Assembly (NCBI GenBank): GCA_965197745.1
Contig: CBDANS010000006.1
Coordinates: 1,312,001 to 1,376,000, forward strand
Length of the DNA stretch: 64,000 nt
Origin: Opitutales bacterium
Lineage (GTDB): Bacteria > Verrucomicrobiota > Verrucomicrobiia > Opitutales > PNEW01
Direction of reading: 5' to 3'
Part shown: positions 33,813 through 44,252 of the stretch, piece by piece
Numbering within the stretch: the stretch's first letter is position 1
How the letters are laid out: each line of letters opens with the position of its first letter
Notes under the pieces: generated by a model
The model's database searches: none
The model's input: only the letters and a program-made list of their open reading frames with translations
Told to the model about the DNA's origin: nothing
Made by a program: the position numbers and the translations under genes

Positions 33813-34088
33813 TATCCTGATATCTGATCCTTAAATTGACCTGCATCTTTAACCGGCACAAGATAATTGCATATATTATAGCTTCGTCTCTACGGGAAAA
33901 ATATTAACCACTGAGACACAGTGGACGATAAGATTTTTTAAAAATCACTGCCGAGCGCAGCGAGATCTTCTAAAGCTACAAATAAAACATAGATAGGGAA
34001 CCCTGTATCGACCTTTTGAAAAACTTATCCGTGTAATCCGCGGTATTATTTAACTTTGCGGTCTCCGCGTCTCGGCGGTTATTTTCAT

Positions 34089-34946
34089 TTATTGTAATTG
34101 CTTCAACAATTGTTCTTTTGTTGCGACAAGTTCGGGTGACTTGACGCGATCAATGTTCTCGCGGGCTTTTTCCGGTTCTCCTAATTTAATATAGATATTC
34201 GCTATGTGCAAATGGACGGCGGCGACCTCGATTTCGGAGTTTACGCTTTTGCTGACGTTATTCCAGGCCTTAAGGGCTGCGGTCCAATCGGGATTCTTTA
34301 AATCATAAAAACATTCGGCATATCGAAATTGAAAATCGATATTTTCAGGGTCGAGGCGAGCTGATTCCGAGAACGCTTTACACATTTGCTGATCAAGGGT
34401 TTCACCATCAAACATTCCGCTCGTTAGAAATCTGTCACGGAAATGGTGTAGCAGCTCACCCAGTTGGTAAACATAGAGTCCCGTCTCAGGGCTCAGGTCG
34501 ATGGCCATAAGGATGTAGCCTAAGGCTTCTTCGTAATTCCCGACTTCCGCGTGGTAGTTTCCCAGCTGTTGTTTTATTACCGCGATATTGGGATCGAGAT
34601 TGTTAGCTTTAAGATAAAGGAGTTGCGCGTCTTCAGGTCGGTCTATTTTTCTTAAAAGTTTGCCGTAAAGAATAAGACAATAAACATCGTTGGGGTTTTC
34701 GGCGAGGAACGATTCGTAGTCTGTTATCAGGTTCCTGATATTGAGCTCCAATTCATTTTCAATATAATCTCCATTATTATCTTCAATACGCTGAAAAATT
34801 TTACTCTGATCAGAATGTATTTTAATGAGTTTGCGTTCGGCCAGCGTCATGTTCCCCGTGAGAGGGGATGATTTGTTCTGGATTTTGTTTTTCGTGGCAC
34901 AGCTGAAATTCGATAATACCAGGATAATAAAAAACAGGCATTGCAT
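34089..34946 (-). CDS. Tetratricopeptide repeat lipoprotein
   Basis: Likely start MQCLFFIILVLSNFSC (lipobox-like) followed by TPR-like helices; the track's longer N-terminus is translated heptamer repeat. Confidence 0.7.
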   Translation of the reverse strand: MQCLFFIILVLSNFSCATKNKIQNKSSPLTGNMTLAERKLIKIHSDQSKIFQRIEDNNGDYIENELELNIRNLITDYESFLAENPNDVYCLILYGKLLRKIDRPEDAQLLYLKANNLDPNIAVIKQQLGNYHAEVGNYEEALGYILMAIDLSPETGLYVYQLGELLHHFRDRFLTSGMFDGETLDQQMCKAFSESARLDPENIDFQFRYAECFYDLKNPDWTAALKAWNNVSKSVNSEIEVAAVHLHIANIYIKLGEPEKARENIDRVKSPELVATKEQLLKQLQ

Positions 34947-35043
34947 GAAGCGACCAAGGTGATGTCGGGCTTCACCCACGGGTGGATTTGGCGAAGGGGC
35001 TCCCCGCCATGATGATCCTGAATCACTCTCTTTATCCTCTACC

Positions 35044-35106
35044 ATGCATCCTGTATCTTGCATCCTGCATCCTGCATCCTGAATCCTGTCTCCTGCATCC
35101 CGCATC
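35044..35106. repeat. Heptamer tandem repeat (GCATCCT)n, degenerate
   Basis: atgcatcctgtatcttgcatcctgcatcctgcatcctgaatcctgtctcctgcatcccgcatc. Confidence 0.85.
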
Positions 35107-35109
35107 AGA

Positions 35110-36447
35110 TCAGTGTTTCAACACACATTTTTCATAAAGATTGTGAAATACATCGGAGGGGTCGTACTTTGATTTGAGGCAATTATAAGCATTTTTATTG
35201 TGCAATTCCCAAAATTCATCTTCAGAATAAAAGGAGGAAGAATATAATGATTTCTTACCATTTAATTGCTTAACCATTTCCTCAACTTTTCGATTATGGT
35301 ATCCTTCATGCCGGGTCTTTATCACATCCCAAAACCCAAAGTTGACGTACAATTTATCCGGATCCATTTTATATAATTCAAAGACAGTATCCCGGTCTTG
35401 GGCATGGGTCGGGCATATCCAGATCGGGCTGATCCCAATTTCTTTTTGAAAGAAATCGGTAAATGCTTCACAATTATCAATCGGGATCTGCACATCCTGA
35501 ATTACTGACTCACGTTTACCGAATATCCCGGACAGGAAATTGAAAATGGGATATTGATGGTTCAACTTCATAAGTTTGGTGTAGGTCATGGATCTAAGTC
35601 GTTTTTTGCCCCAAAAAAAACGGACCACCGGGTTTTGAACGAAAAAGAATTTAGAACACCAGAACCAATCTGTATCCCAACGCCAAATATAATCATATGT
35701 TGTCAAATAATCAATTTTCTTATCTCTGATCGATTTATAATAAATATTCATGTAAGTGTAGTCGCTCAGCTCCGGGGCTTGTTCAACAAATTCCCCCAGG
35801 GTTAGGTAAAACTCATTTTCGCTGAATAAGGTACCGTCAATAAAGTCTGCCCTTCGATGGACACAGTGTTTTTTTAAGGTATGAAAAAAATCTTTCGCAT
35901 TATCATACCGATGATGGGTAATTTTGACATATTTCTTCACCGGGTTAAGCTTAACTTTTAGTTTCAGAGCGTATCCTAAAGTTCCATATGAATTGGGGAA
36001 ACCCAGGAATAAATCCCTGTATTCATTCTCTTTGGTGCAAACTACCGTTTTCCCGTCACTGAGGAGAATTTCCATCTCCGTGATCGTCTCATGGACCAGG
36101 CCTTCTTTAAAAGAAGATGATTCGATGCCTCCACCGGTAACCGCACCGCCAATAGTAATCGATTTTAATTGCGGGACTACCGCTGGCATCAGTCCATGGG
36201 CCAGGGTTTCGTCGAAGAGTTTTTCATAGCTTGTCATACCTTCGACTTCCGCGAGGGCTTTCGATTTATCGATGGAGATAATATCATTAAATTGTTCTCC
36301 ACGGATCCTCGTGACTCCCTGCTGTTTGCGGTGCCGGAACAGATTGGACGTAGATTTTTCCAGAGCAACCGAGTCCACACTGCGCAGCGACAATAACTGA
36401 TCGCTCAGGGCACGCTTTTTATTTTCATATTGCGATCTCGAGATCAT
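35110..36447 (-). CDS. FAD-binding oxidoreductase (VAO/PCMH fold; DHCR24/BfaA-like)
   Basis: SNLFRHR, PAVVPQLKSITIGGAVTGGGIESSSF, PNSYGTLGY, YIWRWDTDWFWCS, LYEKCV. Confidence 0.85.
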   Translation of the reverse strand: MISRSQYENKKRALSDQLLSLRSVDSVALEKSTSNLFRHRKQQGVTRIRGEQFNDIISIDKSKALAEVEGMTSYEKLFDETLAHGLMPAVVPQLKSITIGGAVTGGGIESSSFKEGLVHETITEMEILLSDGKTVVCTKENEYRDLFLGFPNSYGTLGYALKLKVKLNPVKKYVKITHHRYDNAKDFFHTLKKHCVHRRADFIDGTLFSENEFYLTLGEFVEQAPELSDYTYMNIYYKSIRDKKIDYLTTYDYIWRWDTDWFWCSKFFFVQNPVVRFFWGKKRLRSMTYTKLMKLNHQYPIFNFLSGIFGKRESVIQDVQIPIDNCEAFTDFFQKEIGISPIWICPTHAQDRDTVFELYKMDPDKLYVNFGFWDVIKTRHEGYHNRKVEEMVKQLNGKKSLYSSSFYSEDEFWELHNKNAYNCLKSKYDPSDVFHNLYEKCVLKH

Positions 36448-37550
36448 CTAATGGACTCATAACCGCCTCGAATACCACCTTTAGAGAATACCACTTGCCA
36501 TAGATTAATATCGCGTGCTCTGAATGAGCCCGCGCAACTCATCAGATAGAAATTCCACATGCGATGGAAACGTTCATCATAACGGGCATTTAATTTATGC
36601 CAGTTCCTGTTAAAATTTTCATGCCACGCCATGAGGGTTTTGTCGTAATGCGGACCGAAATTATGCCAGTCTTCCATCACGAATAAACCTTCTGCGGCTT
36701 GGGATAATTGCTGGATTGAAGGAAGATGCCCTTGGGGAAAAACATACTTTTGGATCCAGGGATCAAACGGTCTCCTGAGCGAAGTATTTCTTCCAATCGT
36801 ATGCAGAAGGAAGATTCCCTCATCATTAAGACTACGATGAACGAGTTCCATCAGGTTTCTATAGTTTTTATATCCGACATGTTCACACAACCCAATCGCT
36901 ATGACGCGGTCATATACCCCGGTGGCCTCGCGATAATCGGCATTGACGATCGTTACGGGAAATCCTTCACAAGCTTTTCTGGCGTATTTTACCTGCTCAT
37001 TGGATATGTTATAACTTACGACCTTGCATTTATATTCTTTAGCGATAAATCGTGCCAACGTTCCATAGCCTCCCCCTAACTCGAGGATTTCCATCCCCGG
37101 GGTAAGCTGGATTTTTTTACAGATCAGATGGGCTTTATTGATCTGTGCCTGATCAAGATTATCTGTGTCTTTCCAATAGGCGCAGGTATATTGCATGTTT
37201 TTATCGAGCATCAATTCGAAAAGATCATTACCCAAATCGTAGTGCGTTTTCACTACCTCGGTCGACCGCTTTACTGACTGCATGTTTGCCAATTTATACC
37301 TTAAAACCTTGAGAAACTGTATGTATGAACTGAATTTAAAGTTTAATTCAGATATTTTAATTTTATAAATTAACTGGTCTAAAGCTTCACAATTCCACCA
37401 ACCATCCATGTAGGATTCACCAAAAGCAAGGGATCCTCTTTTCAGGACTATATCATAGAGCCTCGGATCGTACACCTGAATATCCCACGGCCGATCTCCG
37501 TTGATTTTTATGTCAGCGAGCTTAAGGAAATCTTGAAATACCTGTTTCAT
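36444..37550 (-). CDS. cfa: Cyclopropane-fatty-acyl-phospholipid synthase family methyltransferase
   Basis: Motifs GESYMDGWW, HYDLGNDLF, MQYTCAYW, EHVGYKNY, EDWHNFGPHYDKTL. Confidence 0.88.
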   Translation of the reverse strand: MKQVFQDFLKLADIKINGDRPWDIQVYDPRLYDIVLKRGSLAFGESYMDGWWNCEALDQLIYKIKISELNFKFSSYIQFLKVLRYKLANMQSVKRSTEVVKTHYDLGNDLFELMLDKNMQYTCAYWKDTDNLDQAQINKAHLICKKIQLTPGMEILELGGGYGTLARFIAKEYKCKVVSYNISNEQVKYARKACEGFPVTIVNADYREATGVYDRVIAIGLCEHVGYKNYRNLMELVHRSLNDEGIFLLHTIGRNTSLRRPFDPWIQKYVFPQGHLPSIQQLSQAAEGLFVMEDWHNFGPHYDKTLMAWHENFNRNWHKLNARYDERFHRMWNFYLMSCAGSFRARDINLWQVVFSKGGIRGGYESIR

Positions 37551-37716
37551 CTAAAGTAATGAGTAATGATAGCGACAAGCGGCACAAGAAAAAGAAAATT
37601 TTTACCTTAATACAATTGGCAAATTCCCCGAGGTTGAAGCCCGTCATCCTGCCGTCCATAGCTCTCCCCCTACTACGGAACGACAGATGGACATACCCCC
37701 GAATTAGCGAAAAAAA

Positions 37717-39156
37717 TTAGATCCCCGCTTTAGCTTCCTGAATGCGTGCGGCTTCTTCTGCAGGAGGGGGATTAAATTCTTCAATCACGCGCATTTTTTT
37801 CCATTTACCGTTCTGAAACCGCAAAAATAGGATAATACTTATTACGATAATATAAGCGCAGACAAAACTCCAGAGAATGTAGATAGTGGTATCGAAATAG
37901 GTGAGGGCGATGTAGGAGGGTATGACTAAAATTGACCATCCCATGGATATATTCACGAACATGATGAAACGGGTGTCACCTGCGCCCTTAAGCGCTGCGG
38001 TAAAGCCCATGTAAACAGCGTCGAACAGGGTGTAGATGGCAACAATGCGCAACAATTTAATAGCAATAGCGCGCGCATCAGTAAAATATAAGCCATCCAC
38101 ACGGGCCCCATAAGGCATGAGAAATAATTCCGGTATGATCAAATAAGCGAGCGCCATGACGCCCATATAAATCAACGTTATGTGGAAACCGGACCAGGTG
38201 CAATATTCTGCTTCTTCCGGTTTGTTTCTCCCGAGCCGCTGCCCAACAAGGGTGGTCATCGCTATGCCGGCACCGATTAAAGGCATGAAAGCCAGGCTGT
38301 TGATGTTAAAAGCAAGATTGGTAGCCGCTAATTCAATTATCCCGAGACGCCCGACGATAAGAACAAAAAAAGAGAAGGAGAGTATATCGAGCATGAAGTT
38401 CACACCGTTTGGACCCCCAAAACGAAGAAGACGAAGGAACAATTTAATATCCAGTTTCCAACCGCTCAAAGTGGCAAATTGCTCCCGGTATTGAGGTTGA
38501 AGGATGAGAATTAAATACATAAGAGCGGAGGAGAGGGTTCCAATAATGGTGGCCAATGCAGCGCCTCGAATTCCCCAAGCGGGCAACCCCCAATGGCCAA
38601 AAATAAGGCCGTAGTCGAGGATAAAATTAATGCTTGTGGCAATGAGATTTACGCAGAGTATGGTCCAGGTTTTTCCGCGCCCGCTATAGAAACAGGACAT
38701 TGAAGCAGAAAGGATTAATGGACCTATTCCATAACAGAGAATGCGAAAGTAGGTAGCCTCATTATTGCGTATCACCTCTTCGTGTCCAATCCAGTCAAAA
38801 AGAGGGGTAGCGATGAAGGACAAACCAAGGCCGAATATTACACTGATGACAGCTAAGTATACTCCCTGCCAGACAGCGGGACCAACACGCTCAGAGCGTC
38901 CGGAGCCGATATATTGAGCGATAAAGGTGTTGATATAAGTGGCAGTTCCCAGGAATAGACTGACAAAGATAAAATTAGTCATCCCCGCTGGCAGAGCTGC
39001 AGCCAAAGCTTCAGTGGAGTACCAGGTGAGAAAAACCCGGTCAATAAAATGCTGAATGCTCCAGGTTGCCGTGCTGAGGATCAGGGGAAAAGCAATGACT
39101 AAAAATTCACGGTATCCACCGGATGCTGACCAACGGTGTCTGATGTATGTAATCAC
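37717..39156 (-). CDS. MATE family efflux transporter
   Basis: Multi-TM; LIFGHWGLPAWGIRGAALAT, LVGQRLG, LKGAGDT. Confidence 0.9.
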   Translation of the reverse strand: MITYIRHRWSASGGYREFLVIAFPLILSTATWSIQHFIDRVFLTWYSTEALAAALPAGMTNFIFVSLFLGTATYINTFIAQYIGSGRSERVGPAVWQGVYLAVISVIFGLGLSFIATPLFDWIGHEEVIRNNEATYFRILCYGIGPLILSASMSCFYSGRGKTWTILCVNLIATSINFILDYGLIFGHWGLPAWGIRGAALATIIGTLSSALMYLILILQPQYREQFATLSGWKLDIKLFLRLLRFGGPNGVNFMLDILSFSFFVLIVGRLGIIELAATNLAFNINSLAFMPLIGAGIAMTTLVGQRLGRNKPEEAEYCTWSGFHITLIYMGVMALAYLIIPELFLMPYGARVDGLYFTDARAIAIKLLRIVAIYTLFDAVYMGFTAALKGAGDTRFIMFVNISMGWSILVIPSYIALTYFDTTIYILWSFVCAYIIVISIILFLRFQNGKWKKMRVIEEFNPPPAEEAARIQEAKAGI

Positions 39157-39201
39157 TCTACAAATAAGATAGCCATGCTTAGTCGGTCATCGAAATCCAT
39201 A

Positions 39202-39834
39202 TTAATTATTGTTACTCAGACGAATTTTCTTCGCGTATTCTTCGAATTCGACCGCCTCTTGGGATTTGCCTATCTTTTTATATATTTTGGCCAAAGTTTC
39301 ATAGATGATAGCGGAACTGGGATGATCCTTTCCCAGAGCTTTTTCTCTAATCGTTAACGCTCTTTTGAGAAGACTTGTTGCTTCAGCGTATCTGCCTTTT
39401 GCCCTGTAAACATTCGCGAGATTGTAAAGCGATTGTTCTAAATCGGGAAAGTATATGCCCAGGACATCTTCTCGAATAATAAGAGCCCGTTGGTGAATAG
39501 GTTCGGCCTCGTCGTACTTACCTTTTAGAACATATTGTTCTGCCAGGTTATTTAGAATCGCCGCTAAATTTTTTAATGAGAGCTCCACCTCCGGGTGATT
39601 AGGGCCATATATTTCTGTGCCTATCTTTACCGACTGATCGGCTGCTTTTAAGGCCTCGGTATATTGTTGTTTCTGATCCAGTTCCAGGACTTGAGATTTT
39701 AATTGATCAAACAACGTCAATTTATCCCACAATGCGTCTTGGGCAGAGATGGGCGCGGCGTGTAAATGGATCAACATGATCATCATCATGCTCTTCAAAA
39801 AAATTGAATTTATATTTACGGCTATGGCCCTCAT
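39202..39834 (-). CDS. Tetratricopeptide repeat protein (kinesin light chain-type TPR)
   Basis: LNNLAEQY..GKYDEAEP..RALIIRE..LG; GRYAEA..KRALTIREKALGKDHP. Confidence 0.85.
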   Translation of the reverse strand: MRAIAVNINSIFLKSMMMIMLIHLHAAPISAQDALWDKLTLFDQLKSQVLELDQKQQYTEALKAADQSVKIGTEIYGPNHPEVELSLKNLAAILNNLAEQYVLKGKYDEAEPIHQRALIIREDVLGIYFPDLEQSLYNLANVYRAKGRYAEATSLLKRALTIREKALGKDHPSSAIIYETLAKIYKKIGKSQEAVEFEEYAKKIRLSNNN

Positions 39835-40071
39835 GGATTGCGCCTTTTTCGAAAAAATTTTCTATTAATTTCTTAAAACGTCTCAGTATATAACTTAAGC
39901 GGTCTTGCAAGCGTTTTTATTAGGCATCATTCCTTGCCGGGTCGATTAGATTAATTACGGATTGCGGGGTTAAATGGATGACCGGTATAATCGTTGTGTC
40001 CTTGCCCCTCCCACTTATATTTATCGTAATGGTCCTGTATATGAGCCAATAAGTATCAAACGAGCATCATA

Positions 40072-40995
40072 CTATCCATTGACTTGTGCAGAAACAACAA
40101 TGTTTAAAGTCACTAAATCGGCAATCAGGTGCATGCCCAGATTTTCATAAAATTTACCGGAACCATAAAGTACATTCCACTGTGTTCTATCAAAATCAAA
40201 ATGTGCCTGGGCTACCCACTCATTGTCGTCTACCCATCCTCCAGTCGCCAGAAATTCTATTTCACGGGTTACATTTTTCAAAGTAAGATTGCCAATAATC
40301 CTATAGTTAGGTGAACCTGGTGAAGCGTTTTTTAAAAACGTAACCTGACTGAAAACTAATTTTACCGATTGATATTTTTCTATATCGAAAAAATCATCGC
40401 TTAAGAGGTGTTCTATTAGATATTTTCGTATTTCATCCTCGGGCAGGTCGTTATTTTTAATAGAGGATATGTCTATGCTCATCGAACCTTCTGCCATAAT
40501 ACCTTTATTAAACTCCAGAATCCCCTCGGCGATAGCGATTGTTCCGTCGCGCTGACTGGCAAGGCCTCTTCCTATCCAATTAATAATGCTTTCTTCAGGA
40601 TTGATTTTCAAAGTATGGGGATAGATGACTGGTGTCGCCGAGACTTCATCGCTGTTTTCAGAAATACAGGAGAGATCATTTTTTTTCCATTCATTGATGC
40701 CGCCTCGGTAATCGTAGATTTTGGAATAACCATTTCTAATCAGTTTTTCTGCAGCCGTTGTGGAGGCGAGAGAGTTAATGCTCGAACCATAGACGACAAT
40801 TGGTTTCGATTTTTCCTCTACCAGCTCCTCAATATCTTCGATAAAATCCATTTTATATACACAGGCGTTCAAGGCGCCAGGCAGATGGTCAGTTTTGTAA
40901 TATTCCTCCGGAAGCACGTCGAGAAGCGTGAAGGGGGATTTATTTTCTATCCAGGAATTTAAGGTTTCGGTAGTTATTTCTTCTATCTTACCCAT
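40072..40995 (-). CDS. Rhodanese-YceI fusion protein
   Basis: Rhodanese (LLDV..HLPGALN..YRGGINEW) followed by YceI (HLLSDDFFD, GNLTLKNVT, FDRTQW). Confidence 0.82.
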   Translation of the reverse strand: MGKIEEITTETLNSWIENKSPFTLLDVLPEEYYKTDHLPGALNACVYKMDFIEDIEELVEEKSKPIVVYGSSINSLASTTAAEKLIRNGYSKIYDYRGGINEWKKNDLSCISENSDEVSATPVIYPHTLKINPEESIINWIGRGLASQRDGTIAIAEGILEFNKGIMAEGSMSIDISSIKNNDLPEDEIRKYLIEHLLSDDFFDIEKYQSVKLVFSQVTFLKNASPGSPNYRIIGNLTLKNVTREIEFLATGGWVDDNEWVAQAHFDFDRTQWNVLYGSGKFYENLGMHLIADLVTLNIVVSAQVNG

Positions 40996-41069
40996 GGCTT
41001 AAATAGTATTGGGTCGCCCCATGGCTTCAAGTGCTATATTGGGACTAATTTACCTGTATCCCCCAGCCA

Positions 41070-41849
41070 TCAATCTTGAATAGCGCTGAGTTCATCCTCG
41101 GATATTTTGTGAACGCTCTTGGGATTAAATGTCTGTTGTGTTCCCACCCTTAAAGCTACTTCGATTCTGCCACCGGTTAAAACAAAGAACTGGAGAAGAA
41201 ATCCACCCCCTTCCATTGCCTCCACCTGGTAATGGTTCTCATTTAACTCCCCGACCCAGTGAGCAAGTCGAGCGTCAAAGGATGAATGGTCCATCACCGC
41301 TTCCGGTAGAGCGATGATCAGTGTTCCGGGTTCGTCCCCAATGACTTCGCCGATACGTTTCCGCATTTCAACCATATGAGAAATGACTTTTCCGGCATAT
41401 TCGAATTCGTCGTCGCCACTCTTATCGGGGGGGACAATGCCCCAGGTAATGTGGTGAATGAAAGGGTTTCCATAACCCTGGCTCAACATGTGTTGGCGTG
41501 CCTCTTCATCAACGGGGTGAACTACCGCGACATAATTGAACCAACCTTTTTCCCGTGACGTGCTATCTGGTGGCAAACCGGAGGGAACATTAATATAGTC
41601 GTGTTCGTCGACGGGTGAGGGATAACAACGGTTATCCCAGCCGGCTATGTAGCCCAGTTTTTTCAGTGGTCCTGCCACAAGGTGGGATGGATCGGTAAAA
41701 ATAGCGGCATGATCCGGGTTCCGTAACAGGGGCACTCCAGCTCTTGAAATTTTCTCCGCTATTTCAAGCGCTTCCTCTAGTCGTTCTACCGCATTCTGGA
41801 TCTCAAGATGGGCGCTGAAATCCGCGGGTAATTTAAAGCTGTCTCCCAT
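41070..41849 (-). CDS. Hypothetical protein, possible VOC/HPPD-like metalloenzyme
   Basis: PDHAAI, FIHHITW, FLLQFF, RIEVALR resemble a His-His-Glu VOC pattern. Confidence 0.55.
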   Translation of the reverse strand: MGDSFKLPADFSAHLEIQNAVERLEEALEIAEKISRAGVPLLRNPDHAAIFTDPSHLVAGPLKKLGYIAGWDNRCYPSPVDEHDYINVPSGLPPDSTSREKGWFNYVAVVHPVDEEARQHMLSQGYGNPFIHHITWGIVPPDKSGDDEFEYAGKVISHMVEMRKRIGEVIGDEPGTLIIALPEAVMDHSSFDARLAHWVGELNENHYQVEAMEGGGFLLQFFVLTGGRIEVALRVGTQQTFNPKSVHKISEDELSAIQD

Positions 41850-42191
41850 GGCCTCTCAATTTTCGAATTTCGAGTTTCGATTGTCGATTGAAAATTGCTG
41901 ATTGTCGAATGAAGAATAGCCACTACCGAGCCCCGTTGCTGCGGGGCGACATCTTCCAAAGGCACAAAAAAAAGAGCGATTATTAAAAGTAAGATTCACG
42001 AATTGAAGCGAAGGCGAAGCCCGCCTGTCGACCAAAACCTAGTGTGATGGATTAACATTCTCCATTTAGACCATTAGAAACTTATCCGCGGTATCCATGT
42101 AATCTGCGGTATCCGTGTAATCCGCGGTATTCTTATTATTTTACTCTTGTGCCTTTTGTGCCTTTTGTGGCCAACTCTCAGCAATTACCGT

Positions 42192-43814
42192 ATGAAAATT
42201 TCCGGCCACATCATTGACATACCGAATCGAAAGATCACTTCCGGTGTTGTTCATATTCATGAAAATCGGATTGAAAAAAAAGAGGTATCGGAAAACGTGG
42301 AAGATCAGTATATCCTACCGGGATTCATTGACGCGCATGTTCATATCGAAAGCTCGATGCTGGTGCCCTCTGAATTCGCGCGACTGGCCGTCCCTCATGG
42401 AACCGTAGCCACGATCTCCGACCCCCATGAGATCGGTAATGTGATGGGAGTGGAAGGGGTCAAATACATGATCGAAAGCGGCGAGAAGGTTAATTTCAAA
42501 TTTTTCTTCGGCGCGCCCTCCTGTGTCCCCGCGACAACCTTTGAAACTGCCGGGGCGACAATAAAGGTTCAGGAAATTGAAGACCTTTTTAAATGTCACG
42601 GCGTAAAATACCTGGCCGAAATGATGAATTGGCCGGGTGTTCTCAATAAGGATGCAGAAGTATTTGCTAAACTCGCACTGGCAAAAAAGTATAAACTGAA
42701 TATCGATGGTCACGCCCCGGGGCTTAAAGGGGATGATGCGAAAAAATATATCGAGGCAGGAATAAGCACCGATCATGAATGTTATTCCAAAGAAGAAGCT
42801 CTCGATAAGTTGAAATGGGGAATGAAAGTTATCATCCGCGAAGGCAGCGCCGCTAAAAATTTTGATGAGCTGATTGATCTCATGAACATCTATCCTGAAG
42901 ACATGATGCTCTGCTCCGATGACAAGCATCCTGATAATCTAGTCGATGGGCACATTAACGTCCTCGTAAGAAGAGCCGTTGCCAGGGGAATCGATCTTTT
43001 CAAAGTCTTGGGGGCTGCATGCATCAATCCTGTTGAGCATTACGGGTTAGAGGTCGGTCTCTTGCGAGAGGGTAACTTCGCGGATTTTATAGTCGTTAAC
43101 AACCTGAAAGATTTTCAAGTAATCAAGACATATATCAACGGCAAATGTGTAGCGGAGGAAGGGAAATCGAAAATCGAATCCGTAAAAAATGAAATTATTA
43201 ATAACTTCAACGTAGGCTGCAAAAGTGTTCATGACTTTCAGATTCCCGCGGCTGGAAACCACGCCCATGTCATCGAGGCGCTCAATGGGCAAATTATTAC
43301 AAAGAGCCAGGTGCTCGCGTTTAAGAATCAATCCGGATACGCGACGGCTGATAGTGAAAATGATTTGCTTAAAATTACGGTTGTTAACCGCTACGAAGAT
43401 CACGAACCATCAATAGCGTTCATTAAAAATTTTGGATTAAAAGAGGGCGCAATCGCTTCTTCGGTTGCTCACGACTCTCACAACATCATCGCTGTCGGGG
43501 TTGAAGATGATTCACTCTGTAAAGCGGTAAATATGCTCATTGAAGCCAAAGGGGGAGTCTGCGCGGTAAAACAGGATAAAGAAAAATTATTAGCCCTGCC
43601 GGTGGGCGGAATCATGACAACGAAAGACGGGTATGAAGTTGCAAAAAACTACACAGAAATTGATAAACTGGCCAAAGAAATGGGAAGCAAACTCGACTCA
43701 CCATTTATGACCCTATCCTTTATGGCCCTCCTCGTTATTCCCTCACTCAAACTCAGTGACCTCGGCCTCTTCGACGGCGAAGAGTTCGCCTTCACCGACC
43801 TGTTCGTTAAATAG
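42192..43814 (+). CDS. ade: Adenine deaminase
   Basis: Motifs PGFIDAHVHIESS, DPHEIGNV, DGHAPG, TDHEC, REGSAAKN, SVAHDSHN; start at ATG 42192. Confidence 0.93.
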   Translation: MKISGHIIDIPNRKITSGVVHIHENRIEKKEVSENVEDQYILPGFIDAHVHIESSMLVPSEFARLAVPHGTVATISDPHEIGNVMGVEGVKYMIESGEKVNFKFFFGAPSCVPATTFETAGATIKVQEIEDLFKCHGVKYLAEMMNWPGVLNKDAEVFAKLALAKKYKLNIDGHAPGLKGDDAKKYIEAGISTDHECYSKEEALDKLKWGMKVIIREGSAAKNFDELIDLMNIYPEDMMLCSDDKHPDNLVDGHINVLVRRAVARGIDLFKVLGAACINPVEHYGLEVGLLREGNFADFIVVNNLKDFQVIKTYINGKCVAEEGKSKIESVKNEIINNFNVGCKSVHDFQIPAAGNHAHVIEALNGQIITKSQVLAFKNQSGYATADSENDLLKITVVNRYEDHEPSIAFIKNFGLKEGAIASSVAHDSHNIIAVGVEDDSLCKAVNMLIEAKGGVCAVKQDKEKLLALPVGGIMTTKDGYEVAKNYTEIDKLAKEMGSKLDSPFMTLSFMALLVIPSLKLSDLGLFDGEEFAFTDLFVK

Positions 43815-44097
43815 TAATATTTTATAAATAAAGAATAGCCACAGAAAGCACAAAAGGCACAAAAAAACTAACCGCTGAGGCGCAGAGGACGCGGAGATTT
43901 TAATTTAAAGTTTTATTTTCTCGATTTTATAACATTTCTCGGCGCTATTCGCGTCTCAGGTGATTCAAAGAATACTGACTGCGGATAACGCGGATAACAC
44001 GGATGTTGAGATATGGAGTGTAAGAGTCACGAATATTACCGAGGGCGAAGGCTGACATCCTCCAATTCGATATCAAAGAGAACATGGACATAAAATA

Positions 44098-44252
44098 TTT
44101 CGTCGTGTCGAGAGTCGCCTACGCTTCACTCGCGTTTGCGAGGACAAGAACGTACCACTCACGAATATACACAACTAATTGCGTATATTCGTGAGAGGTA
44201 GTTCAAAACGCGCTTTTAGCGCTAAGCGTAGGCGACTCTCGACACGACGGAA
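44098..44252. mobile_element. ~155-bp palindromic MITE-like element, copy 1
   Basis: 28-bp terminal inverted repeats (1 mismatch) enclosing three hairpins; homolog at 51678-51831. Confidence 0.7.

Noticed and set aside
34947..35105. N-terminal extension MRDAGDRIQDAGCRMQD.. of the TPR ORF
   Set aside because: It is a translation of the GCATCCT heptamer repeat; a lipoprotein-like start exists at 34946.
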